DNA from: Octopus vulgaris | Lineage: Eukaryota | Direction: 5' to 3' | DNA: 64,000 nt | Assembly (NCBI GenBank): GCA_951406725.2 | Contig: OX597835.1 | Location: forward strand, 26,784,001 to 26,848,000 | Part shown: one piece after another, positions 27,852 to 39,146 of the stretch | Layout of the letters: every line of letters begins with the position of its first letter | How positions within the stretch are numbered: position 1 is the first letter of the stretch | Made by a program: the position numbers and the translations under genes | The notes under the pieces: generated by a model | The model's input: only the letters and a program-made list of their open reading frames with translations | What the model was told of the DNA's origin: nothing | Database searches by the model: none

Positions 27852-28365
27852 ATAATAAATCTCTGAACGAGATATAAACAGTAACCGCTCGACAACGTAA
27901 GGTGTACTAGTCATCTGAATGTGGCTAGCCACTGGGGGTGAGGTGTTACTGATGCTTTTAGCCCCAGGCGATCAACGTCACCAGATGGACTTTAGACACT
28001 ATCTCAGTGTCCTTGTGTTATTTGCAAAGGGAGGTCATCCTCCCTCGAAGACCTAAGTACTACATACGGACTATAGTTTCAAGGTAATTGCCTCTCGTCA
28101 ACGCATGGTAAGCACCGGTCTTCGATGAAGGAGTCCCCCTGCAAATAATATATAACGTTTTTCACAGCAACCACTGTCACTGATTTAGAAAAACTGTCTG
28201 AAAACAATAATAAATCTCTGAACGAGATATAAACAGTAACCGCTCGACAACGTAAGGTGTACTAGTCATCTGAATGTGGCTAGCCACTGGGGGTGGGGTG
28301 TTACTGATGCTTTTAGCCCCAGGCGATCAACGTCACCAGATGGACTTTAGACACTATTTCAGTGT
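27846..28365 (-). mobile_element. Retrozyme-like partial tandem element (355-bp unit, 1.46 copies) with hammerhead
   Basis: 165-bp direct repeat at 27846-28010 and 28201-28365 (2 mismatches). (TA)n flanks. HHR at 28063-28107 inside a self-complementary rod (28018-28148). Confidence 0.8.
28063..28107 (-). ncRNA. Type-I hammerhead ribozyme motif (first core base C changed to U)
   Basis: Minus strand: CATGCG-TTGACGA-GAGG-caatta-CCTT-GAAA-CTATAG-TC-CGTATG. 6-bp stem I, palindromic stem III, GUC triplet. Confidence 0.75.
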
Positions 28366-28610
28366 TATATATATATATATAAACTTCGTGTGTCACAGCA
28401 GTTGGCAGTGACCTTTTGTGAATCTGACTCATTCCACTGGCCTTACGAATATACGAAGGACGACTTCGTCATCTTTCAGAATTAAATTGGTGCTTGAGGT
28501 TGACGACATGCCACAAGAACAATTACCACGATTAAAATACTTGCAACACCTGTCGCTCTGACATTTTCATGTTAGAACAACAATTTGAGAGATTTCCGAT
28601 CGAAATGTAA

Positions 28611-28934
28611 AGGCGCGTGGCCTAGTGGTTAGGGTGTTGTACTCACGGTCTTGCGGTCGTGGTTTCGATTCCCGGACCGGGCGTTGCGTTGTGGCTTTGA
28701 GCAAAAGGTTTTATTTCCAATTGTTCCAGTCCACTCAGCTGTAAACGCGTAACTCAGGACGGAGTGGCGTCACGTTTTTCCCCATAACGTAGCGGTCCCG
28801 CTAAACGGGGCCGTTAGAATAAGTACCGCGATTCGTAAAAGAAAGTGAGTACAGGGATCGATTCGGTCGACTAAAATTCTTCAAGGTGGTGCCCCGGCAT
28901 GGCCACACTCTAATGACTGAAACAAGTAAAAGAT
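28611..28934 (+). mobile_element. SINE with family D head and family A-type tail
   Basis: AGGCGCGTGGCCTAGTGGTTAGGG..GGTTTCGATTCCCGGACCGGG..CCAGTCCACTCAGCTG, then TAGAATAAGTACC..GGCATGGCCAC..TGACTGAAACAAGTAAAAG. Confidence 0.7.
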
Positions 28935-29011
28935 GAAATATATATATCCTGATGTCTGCAAGAGGATGGTAGGGGCTCGCTCCCTCAGCTAGCAATATAT
29001 ATATATATATA

Positions 29012-29553
29012 GTTAAGTTAAGTTAATTTTTTGGCTCAAAAAGCAAAAAGCAAGGCCATGTAGGGGGACATGGAGTTATGTACAGGGAGGGTGTTCATGC
29101 AAAGAGTTCAGGCCATTTCTGGTCAAGAGAGACTTTGAACCGAGCGGTCGTCGGCATCTTCACTATCTCGTCCGGCAGCTTATTCCACTGATCCGCAACC
29201 CGGACGGAGAAAGCCCCTCTCCTTCGATTGAGATGAAATCGTCGCAGATAGAAATTTCCGGAGTGACCCCGCAGCCGACGCTCTGGAGCAGGAGTGAAGA
29301 ACAGCTCCTTCGAGAGGTTACTCTTTCCGCTTATGATGTTGTGAGCAAGAATGAGATCACCACGGCGTCGTCGTTTTTCTAGAGAATAAAGGTCGAGCGT
29401 CTTCAGCCTTTCTTCATAAGACAAATGCTTGAGACCAAGAACCATGCAGGTAGCCAGCTTCTGGACTCTTTCGAGATGATGCATGATGTCTTTGAGGAGA
29501 TAAGGAGAAGAGGCTTGAATCCCGTACTCCAATATGGGTCTCACCAGCGTGAC
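29012..29553 (-). mobile_element. CR1-group LINE 3' fragment (ORF2 C-terminus, 3' UTR, (TTAAC)n tail)
   Basis: ORF 29095-29544: VRPILEYG..LERVQKLAT..SYEERLKTLDLYSLEKRRRRGDLI..RGH..FSVRVADQWNKLP. UTR hairpin CCATGT-6nt-ACATGG; tail GTTAAGTTAAGTTAA. Confidence 0.9.
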
Positions 29554-29941
29554 AGGTGCAGTGCTGCACTGATAACCATCTGGTGGAAGATCTGTCTGGG
29601 GTTAAACTAGTAGTAACACGGAACAGTCACTGTGATATGGCGATTAACTTTACTTACGTGTGAGTGTGTGTATGTATATGTATGTATATATGTTTGTATG
29701 TATGTATGTAAGGAAGAAACGTCCAAACCCCAAAAGCAAACATCTGCCGTTTACTGACGTCACTGATCTCGTTGCCGCACCTGTCATAAACAACATAGCA
29801 GCGACACCAACAACAGCATCAACAACAATAACAACAATAACAACACCCTTTTGAAAACTACTCGTTGTGTTGTCGTTGTGAACATGTGACTTTGAAGGTA
29901 TGCGTGCGTGCATATGTATGTGAGGGAAAGAAAGAGGGACC

Positions 29942-29991
<50 letters not shown>

Positions 29992-30184
29992 GTATATGTG
30001 TGTGATCTTAAGAAGGCCAAACATATTTAGTTCACACCCCATCACATTACGTCACATCACACCGCATTCCTATTGACTCATAAAGACCACAGCAGATGAT
30101 GTTGGTGATGGTGGTGGTGGTGGTCGTCGTCGTATCACTGGTGGTGTCGGTGGCATTGATGGTATTGTTGCTGTTGCTGCTGTT

Positions 30185-30559
30185 GCTGTTGAGCGAACGG
30201 GTCTTCGTTCCAGAGCTCGCAAGATGGAAGAAGTCCGAAACGTGGTCTTTTGCTATTCGTAAGACCCGCAGAAGAGAAAGTAGGTCAACCCCCGCCACCG
30301 AGAGCATCGACGGATGGCAGAATGGGCATCAAGGCTCAGCGGTTGAGTAGGAAGTCGGGGACAAGAAACAGGAAGAAAGAGTGAGAGAAAGTTGGAGCGA
30401 AAGAGTACAACAGGGGTCGCCATCACCCTCTGCCGGAGCCTCGTGGAGCTTTAGGTGTTTTTGCTCAATAAACACACACAACGCCCAGTCTGGGAATCGA
30501 AACCGCGATCCTCCGACCGCGAGTCCGCCGCCCCAAACACTGGGCCACTGCGCCTCCAC
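30185..30559 (-). mobile_element. SINE family C, tail type 2
   Basis: Same head and body as 24767-25140, but a different sequence after CTCTCACTCTTTCTTCCTGTTTCT. Confidence 0.8.
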
Positions 30560-30659
30560 TTGCTGTTGCTGCTCGTGTTGATGGCGGTGGTAAGGATTGT
30601 CCGGTGCGGCAACGATGTTACTGGCCCGCCGCCTTTCAGCAGCCTTGTATTAATTTAAA

Positions 30660-31046
30660 GTGGAGGCGCAATGGCCCAGTGGTTAGGACAGCGGACTCGC
30701 GGTCATAGGATCGCGGTTTCGATTCCCAGACCGGGCGTTGTGAGTGTTTATTGAGCGAAAACACCTAAAAGCTCCACGAGGCTCCGGCAGGGGATGGTGG
30801 TGATCCCTGCTGTATTCTTTCACCACAACTTTCTCTCACTCTTACTTCCTGTTTCTGTTGTACCTGTATTTCAAGGGACCGGCCTTGTCACTCTCTGTGT
30901 CACGCTGAATATCCCCGAGCACTACGTTAAGGGTACACGTGTCTGTGGAGTGCTCAGCCACTTACACGTTAATTTCACGAGCAGGCTGTTCCGTTGATTC
31001 GGATCAACCGGAACCCTGATCGTCGTAACCGACGGAGTGCTTCCAC
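30660..31046 (+). mobile_element. Full-length SINE family C, tail type 1, with 11-bp TSD
   Basis: A box TGGCCCAGTGG; B box GTTTCGATTCC; ATTAATTTAAA at 30649-30659 and 31047-31057. Confidence 0.92.
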
Positions 31047-31413
31047 ATTAATTTAAAATTAACATCTGTTGAATCAAACATGACAGACACCCCCAATGTT
31101 TTGTTTTTAACCACGAGAGAGTAATTCGGGACGTATGGAGAAAAAGTTTTAGACTTCTCAGAATGTATGAAACAAGCGCTAGAAGCCTGAAAACAACCAG
31201 GGATCCCTTTAAGCCCTTGTCTCTCATGTGAGTCACACGATGCACAGGACATGATTCCCTGGCGTCCATGCATCATATGACACACTTTCCCAATGATTTG
31301 TTTCCAGTCACCAGAGTAATTTAGGACTTATGTAGGAAAAAGCTTTATGTTGTTTTGGGTTTTCTTGGGCCGAGGATCAATGTGCCAGTTGAGCACTCCT
31401 TTCTTCAAATAAC

Positions 31414-31736
31414 TGGCACTCCATCGGATATGACGACGAGGGTTCTAGTGGATCCGATCAACGGAACATCCTGTTTGTGAAATTAATGTGCAAGTGGCTG
31501 AGCACTCCACAGACACATGTACCCTTAACGTAGTTCTCGGGGACATTCAGCGTGACACAGAATGTGACAAGGCTGGACCCTTTGAATTACAGGTACTCCT
31601 CATTTTTGCCAGCTGAGTGGACTGGAGCAACGTGAAATAAAGTGCCTTGCTCAAGGACACAACGTGTCGCCGAGAATCGAACTCACCACCTTACAGTCAT
31701 GATCCGATTACCCTAAACACTAAGTCACGTGCCTTC
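31414..31736 (-). mobile_element. SINE with family D head and C-type tail 1
   Basis: GCTGAGTGGACTGGAGCAACGTGAAATAAAGTGCCTTGCTCAAGGACACAAC (D core) joined to GTGGCTGAGCACTCCACAGACAC..CAGCGTGACACAG (C tail 1). Confidence 0.8.
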
Positions 31737-31994
31737 ACTTCCTTCCTATAGACCCTAACTATACGTACTAAGCTAGTGTTTCTTAAGCATTTCTTTTTCT
31801 ATATTCAGGAGAAATTCTAGAGATATCGGTAAGAGTGAGGGTTTTTTTTTTATAGATGTATAAAAGAAAGGGTTCAAAGATACTAAATATGGTGCACAGT
31901 TACTCGTCAGAGTGCATAGCTCAGTGGTCAGGGTGACTCTCCAAGTTGAGCCGCTACTTCTCCGCATCGAGAGGCCACAGCTCCGGCATTACAA

Positions 31995-32310
31995 ACCGTG
32001 ACCGTGATCACCGTGACCGACCAGGCTATCAGATGTTGCTACACATCGCTGATCACAATGCGCTTTGCATTGTTTTAGCCTTCATATGACGCCGCCCGCT
32101 GGCTAAGCGAGCAGGCCAACGGAAGAAAGAGTGAGAGAAAGTTGTGGTGAAAGAGTACAGCAGGGATCGCCCCCCTCCCACTGCCGGAGCATCGTGGAGC
32201 TCTAGGTGTTTTCGCTCAATAAACACTCACAACCCCCCGGTCTGGGAGTCGAGACCGCGATCCTACGACCGCGAATCCGCTGCCCTAACCACTGGACCAT
32301 TGTGCCTCCA
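31995..32310 (-). mobile_element. SINE family C, tail type 3
   Basis: C head and body; distinct tail GACCAGGCTATCAGATGTTGCTACACATCGCTG. Confidence 0.8.
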
Positions 32311-32815
32311 CGGTATTACATACATGTGGTTAGAATGTCAGATGAAAGAATCGCAGGATAGTTTCTTCAAGCTAAGCCACCCGGCAAGAGACCGAGGGGT
32401 AGACCAAGAATAAGATGATTAAAATTTCATCTGTCTTTACGTTCTGAGTTCAAATTCCACTGAGGTCGACTTTTCCTTTCATCCTTTTTGGGGTCAATAA
32501 CATGTGTACCAGTTGAGTATTGGGGTCGATGTAATAGACTAGTCCCCTATCCCACGAAATTGTTGGCTTTGTACCAAAATTTGAAACCAATTTTAGACTC
32601 AGGAAAGCTAGAAAGATAGCACAGAAGTTCACAGTAAATGGTGAACTATACTAGAATGTAGAAAATATATTATGCGATGATGGCAATGAACAATGCTTCC
32701 TGTGGGGCTGAAGTCCCCAGACTTTTCTGCATCACAGACTGCTTTCGTGCAAGAAAATTTTTCTATGGACCGGGGGATCAAACGCTTAACATAACACAAC
32801 AAAGTGCCTAATATA

Positions 32816-32871
32816 TGGCGTAGTGGTTAAGAGTGCGGGCTACTAGTTCCGACTTCGATTCCAAGCAGTAA

Positions 32872-32932
<61 letters not shown>

Positions 32933-33072
32933 CATCGAAAAATATCCTAGGAATGAGAACCCAGGTTCGAAATTTCCCCAAGACACCTGATGAAGGCTGG
33001 ATGGTGTATCAGCCGAAACATTGTGTTAACGACAAAGATGAGGACAAATATCTGTCATATGTAAATAATGTA
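32816..33072 (+). mobile_element. tRNA-headed SINE-like element with (TAA)n spacer and 3' hammerhead motif
   Basis: A box TGGCGTAGTGG (32816); B-box-like CTTCGATTCC (32853); (TAA)n at about 32877-32930; HHR at 32982-33027. Confidence 0.7.
32982..33027 (+). ncRNA. Minimal hammerhead motif with intact catalytic boxes
   Basis: GACAC-CTGATGA-A-GGCTGG-atggtgta-TCAGCC-GAAA-CA-TT-GTGTT. Stem III CA is probably CpG decay of CG. Confidence 0.7.
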
Positions 33073-33100
33073 TATAATATAATTATTGCGTAAATTGATA

Positions 33101-33423
33101 AAGACCACTTTCGGTCATGAAGGGCCATGGGATTGCCCCTAGAAAGTTGCCCTTCGAAGCAGAAGTCCCGACAAAGTGATTTATAGAAGATGAGAAGTCA
33201 CCCATGCATACCAGCCTCTCCACGCCACTGATGTTATCCAAGGGAAAGGCCGATACAGCTTGGCACCAGCGACGTCGCAACTTATTTCTACACCTGAATG
33301 AACTGGAGTAAAGTGAAATAATGTGACTTGTTCTAGAACACAACACACAATCCGGTCCGGGAATCGAACTCACTATCTCACGATTATAAACCCCATGCTC
33401 TAACCACTGAGCCATGTGCCTTC
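33101..33423 (-). mobile_element. SINE family D with its own tail
   Basis: CCATGGGATTGCCCCTAGAAAGTT..CCCATGCATACCAGCCTC..CCAAGGGAAAGGCCGATACAGCTTGGCACC..GTGAAATAA. Same as 36671-36984 (+) and 42679-42989 (-). Confidence 0.85.
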
Positions 33424-33453
33424 TTAATTATTACGTATATAATATATATGATA

Positions 33454-33496
<43 letters not shown>

Positions 33497-34057
33497 ATGA
33501 TATGATATGATATATATATATATATATATATATGATATGATATGATATGATATGATATATATATATATATATATATGAAATGCAGAGACACCTTGCAGAC
33601 TGCGACAGCCCAAAAAGTGAAACCCGGTACCAAATGAACTCCGCCCGGTGGGTCGGGTTCCCTGCTGTCGAGGAAGCACTTTGTGGGTTTCGTGGCTAGG
33701 CAGACACTGTTTTTACCTGGCTAGCCCTGGACTGGGGAGAGTGATAAAGGTAATTCAACAGAGCGCAATAAATAGCGAACTGTAGGAGGAAGAATTGATG
33801 TGACAGACGCATGTGAGAGAAAGACAAAACTAAAAGTCGTGAATGGACAATAAATGTTGCGTAGGTAGGAGCACGAAAAATAGCTGATTGCTGCTGGATG
33901 TGGTGGATGTTGTCGGAGTGGTTCATAGTTTGGTATTTGTGTGGAATCTAGTATGCCGTTGTGTTGTGCAATGTGGTGTTTGTGTTGTGCGCTTTTGTGG
34001 AGAGCGATGCGGCGTGGTCACGTGTTGTATTGTTGTGTTATGTTCTGCGGCATGGCG

Positions 34058-34081
34058 TTAGGGTTAGGGTTAGGGTTAGGG
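34058..34081 (+). repeat. Interstitial (TTAGGG)4
   Basis: Four perfect TTAGGG units followed by TTAGCTTTAGGG. Confidence 0.9.
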
Positions 34082-34352
34082 TTAGCTTTAGGGTCACCCT
34101 GATCATAGAGCTATGCACAATATTTATTATCTTTGCACCTTTTTTTTATACATCTATAAAAAAAAAACCTAATTGTTACCGATATCTCTAAAACAGTGAG
34201 GTACGGAGGGTTGGGTGCTGTGTAATGTAGTGTTGTGAGGTGTTGTGTGCAGTGGTGATGCATTGTGTTGTGAGGTGGGGTGGGCTGGGGAGCTGTGTTG
34301 TGCAGTGTTGCGCTCTATAGCGTTGTGTGGTGTTATTTTGTGTTGTGCGGCA

Positions 34353-34452
34353 TGGTGTGCCGTTGTGCGGTGTGGTATGCCGTTGTGCGGTGTGGTGTGC
34401 CGTTGTGCGGTGTGATGTGCCGTTGTGCGGTGTGGTGTGCCGTTGTGCGGTG
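34353..34452. repeat. 20-bp minisatellite, 5 copies
   Basis: TGGTGTGCCGTTGTGCGGTG units within a GTTGT/GTGGT 5-bp periodic region (about 33950-34730). Confidence 0.85.
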
Positions 34453-35028
34453 TTGTTTAGTGCTGTGAGGTGTTATGAAGTGTTGTATAGTGTTGTGTGA
34501 CTTGGTGTGGCGTAGCGTTATGTTGTATAGTGTGGTTGTTGTAAGGTGTTTTGTTGTGTGGGGAAGAGTTAGTTGTACGTTGCACGGTGCGGTATTGTGC
34601 CGTGTTGTGAAGTGCTGTGCGGATTTGTGCACTGTAGTGTTGTGTGGTGCTGTTTGCTGTTGTGAGGTGTTGTGCAGATTTATGCGGTGCAGTGTTGTGT
34701 GACTTGGTGTTGCATGTTGTGTGGTTTGGCGCTTTATGGTATGCTGGGCTGCATAACAAGAAATAAAGAAAAAGTGCTGCAGTATGGGCGTATTTCCCAC
34801 CCTGTGTAAAAAGACAAAGAAAAAAGATTTCCACAGCAACATTAATACTCTTAAAGACAGACGCTACGCATTCGAAAATCCAGACGACGTCACCGGGGAG
34901 CTAAAACCGCAGGTGCCACAAGTGCCTTACACCAATTTTTTGCTTTTCCCTTAATCTAATTATAAACACGAAACACACCACATGGCTCTGGGTTCATTTC
35001 CAATGCATGACACCATGTATATATAGCA

Positions 35029-35144
<116 letters not shown>

Positions 35145-35232
35145 TATATACATATAAATATATATATATATATATAATGCATATATATGGATATATATAT
35201 ATGGATATATATATATATATATATATATATGC

Positions 35233-35278
<46 letters not shown>

Positions 35279-35286
35279 ATACATGC

Positions 35287-35322
<36 letters not shown>

Positions 35323-35383
35323 ATACATGCATATATATATATACATGTATATGTATATACATGCATATATATTTATATATATA

Positions 35384-35418
<35 letters not shown>

Positions 35419-35766
35419 GAGAGCAGCAGGTGAGGCCGCTGCCGAAAGAAGAAAGAAGAATTGGAGAACACAACGTGAGAGGTTCGGGTGGGTGAGCTAT
35501 GACTTGTCACGTGATTCAGAGCGAAGTATTTCCAATTTTGCCTAGTAACAGATTTTTCCTCAGCGATAACACATACGATCGTAAACGATAATCTTCCGAT
35601 TGCGCTTCCCTTTCAAGCTGGAGTTGGAGAGGATGACAAATGGCGGTTGTTGTAGATATGAAATTTAAGAAAAAAAAAGAAATTAAAAAAAAAAAGAAAA
35701 GTTAAATAAATAAAAGATTTGGAGAAAGGAGCACCCGGTGTCGGGCTGGGAGTAGGGGAAGCACGT

Positions 35767-35847
35767 TCAGAGCTGGCTGTATATGGTGGCGTCGGTCTTG
35801 GTGCTGCTCGGCACCGATGGAGGTGGTGGGGATGCGGTGAGAAGATG
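35767..35847 (-). CDS. Candidate terminal coding exon (unverified)
   Basis: Acceptor-like ATTTTTTCAG (alternative TCCTTTTATCAG ending at 35885), then HLLTASPPPPSVPSSTKTDATIYSQL*, in a unique GC-richer island. No upstream exons identified. Confidence 0.2.
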   Translation of the reverse strand, partial: HLLTASPPPPSVPSSTKTDATIYSQL

Positions 35848-35976
35848 CTGAAAAAATCTGCCTGTGTGAAATTTTAGCCGACAGCTGATAAAAGGAAAGT
35901 CCGACGATATGCAAGCAAGCTATACGTAAAATATTTGATATATTGTGCGCACATCTCTCTCTCTCTTTCCCCCCAC

Positions 35977-36073
<97 letters not shown>

Positions 36074-36194
36074 CATACATATACATGTATAAGATGTGTG
36101 CATATCTATCTATCTCTCTATCTACGTAAACATATGCATATTGAGTTCTATACAGGGTTGTCTTGTAATGCCAGAGCATGCATACATATATACA

Positions 36195-36242
<48 letters not shown>

Positions 36243-36419
36243 CATACATATACATTACATACATATATATATACATATACATACATACGTATGCACACAC
36301 TTGTATGTATATATATATATATGTATATATATATATGGCGTGGCAGTACGGTGAGAAGTTCGCTCCCACACTACATGGTTCTGGGTTCAGTCTAGGCAAG
36401 TCGTAGGTATATATATTTA

Positions 36420-36479
<60 letters not shown>

Positions 36480-36670
36480 TCCTTGTTCCTTTCCACCGAT
36501 TGGCAACCTGTTTTGACTTGTTGACGTTCTCATAAACTAGCGGTTCGGCAAAAAGAAACTGATGGAATAAGTACCTGTTTTTTTTTTTGTAAATGTACCG
36601 GGGTCAGTTTGTTCGACTAAACCCTTCAGCATGCTGCTCCAGCATCGCCGTAGTCTAATATCTGAAAGCA

Positions 36671-36984
36671 AGGGCATGGCTCAGTGGTAAGAGCATCGGT
36701 TCACAAAGATGAGGTAGTGAGTTTCAATCCCGGACCGGGCTGCATGTTGTGGTCTTGAGCAAGACACTTTATTTTTCACGTTGCTCCGGTTCACTCAGCT
36801 GTAGAAATGAATTGCGACGCTACTGGTGTCAAGCTGTATCAACCTTTGCCTTTCCCTTGGATAACATCGGTGGCATGGAGAGGAGAGGCTGGTATGCATG
36901 GGCGACAGCTGGTCTTCCATAAACAACCTTGCCCGGACATGTACCTCAGAAGGGAACTTTCTAGGGGCAATCCCATGGCCGAAG
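36671..36984 (+). mobile_element. SINE family D
   Basis: TGGCTCAGTGGTAAGAGC..GTTTCAATCCCGGACCGGG..CTTGAGCAAGACACTTTATT..CACTCAGCTGTAG plus D tail. Confidence 0.85.
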
Positions 36985-37237
36985 TGACAATGCATCATCG
37001 TTTATCTCATACACCGAATGTAATTTGGTGTTCGACCTCAGGTTTACGATGTGGACCTGTCTCAGGAAATGAAAAACAACGTATACTGAATGCAAAAGTA
37101 ACTACCGCACAATTTAGCTAGCCGGGTTCAATTTCTACAGAGTACTTAGAGTGGTATCCGAGTACATTCATTTAATCCCCCTTCTTCTTACCTTCATTAT
37201 ACATATATATGCATTTATATCTATCTATCTATATCTA

Positions 37238-37397
<160 letters not shown>

Positions 37398-37439
37398 AAT
37401 AGATATATGTGTATAAATATATGTATACATACACACATA

Positions 37440-37496
<57 letters not shown>

Positions 37497-37498
<2 letters not shown>

Positions 37499-37643
37499 CG
37501 GAGTAAACACATAAATGTGAAATAGGGTGGAAAAAAGAGTACTCAAATATCAGGGGTAGAGTAATATGCTTTATTTAAAAGCAGCAGAAAATCAACAACA
37601 CCTGCAACTCGGAGTTTCACGTTCCCGTTCGTCGGCCAATTTT

Positions 37644-37647
<4 letters not shown>
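37497..37647 (-). mobile_element. (TA)n-flanked short element with variant HHR (CCGACGA core)
   Basis: Minus strand 37639-37602: TTGG-CCGACGA-ACG-ggaa-CGT-GAAA-CTCCGAG-TT-GCAG; stem I imperfect. Confidence 0.5.
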
Positions 37648-37687
<40 letters not shown>

Positions 37688-38118
37688 GTATATATATACA
37701 GATACAGACATTTATTCAACAGACACCACATACGGGACTCTTTTAGTTTTGCACCCAACCTAAGAAGTATTTTAATGACCACCCACAAAACACGGGAGGA
37801 GGCAGGTTGCTCATGCAGGGTATGCAGTGACTGTCCAGTAGGGGGCCGATGTATGTATGCATGCATGCATGTATGTACATGTGCATTCATGCATACATGT
37901 GTCTACATGTATCTATGTTCACACACACACACACACACACGCACACACATATATATGTTGCACGTATGTGTTTATGGTCTATACCATGCGCACATTCACA
38001 TGCACGTGTGTATGTATGCACGAAAGTATGTATGTTTTATTGTATACAAATTCGATCTGGGTCGGTACGTATTGGAATGACTGAAGAAAACAGCAAATAC
38101 CCCAGGAGTTCTGGGCAT

Positions 38119-38138
38119 TGACGTCACTGCTGACGTCA
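38119..38138. promoter_or_regulatory. Two perfect CRE palindromes (TGACGTCA), 12-bp period
   Basis: TGACGTCA-ctgc-TGACGTCA in non-repetitive sequence; function unproven. Confidence 0.3.
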
Positions 38139-38222
38139 CAAGGAGGACGATGACTACAGGAAAACTGATGACGGACATAGATACAAAGAGAGAGAGGGGG
38201 GGAGAGATGGGCAGGACTAATT

Positions 38223-38284
<62 letters not shown>

Positions 38285-38943
38285 TGGAAATCGAGGAGTG
38301 ACAGACTGTTGAAACGGAATATATATTGATCAAAATACAGGAGACACTGAGGAAGATGGTCGATGTGTCGGACGGGCGAGCAAGCGAGGAGGTGAGCAAT
38401 TGAAGGAAATTGCTTCGTGTCTAGAAACAGGTTGAGAAATAAAGAGAAAGAGTGTGAGAGAGAGAGAGAGAGAGAGAGAAACTGCGAGACAAACAAATAT
38501 AAAGGACAGCAAGAGAGAGAGAGAGAGAGAGACTGACAGAGAGAAAGGGAGACGCATATATAAATCATTTGTTGCTTAAGCCACAAATAAAAGAAAACGA
38601 GAGCTTTGTTGTAGACGTCCACACGAGAGGGGATATGTAAGCGTGCGTGTGGTTGCATGTATATGTGTGTGCGAGAGAGAGAGAGAGAGGGGGGCGGGAG
38701 AGAGACAGAAAAGAATGAGACACAGAGGGAGTGAGTGGATGGGTAGCGGTGGGAGTAGGATTCTAGGGAGGTTTGCTCTCCTCCTACCCTACCACACTCC
38801 GCCCCATCCACAGTTGCACACGGAAAGCTCTTCTGTATCTTCAATAGTTGTGTGTGCCCTGGAATAGCGTAGGTGTGCAGAGGACATACGTATATACACT
38901 CGTACATACATACAGGCATCAATACATAAACACATACATACAT

Positions 38944-38975
<32 letters not shown>

Positions 38976-39146
38976 TACGAGCATGCATATATATACACCT
39001 GTATACATACATACATATAAGTATATACAAATATAATTACCTATACTTGCGTGCATGCATACGCATACTCCTGTATGCATACATATAAGTATATAGAAAT
39101 ATATATATATGCATATACACGCATACATATATGCATACGCAAGGGT

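Noticed and set aside
30661-30735. tRNA-Arg-like sequence (and other tRNA-like heads)
   Set aside because: Part of multi-copy SINEs with body, tail and TSD; no complete acceptor stem.
34058-34093. True telomere or chromosome fusion site
   Set aside because: Only four perfect units, one orientation, attached to a dispersed repeat.
37996-39030. Longest ORF (344 aa) with a poly-Leu pseudo-transmembrane stretch
   Set aside because: Threads through (TA), (GA) and (TAG) repeats; the poly-Leu is (CTA)n; no recognisable family.
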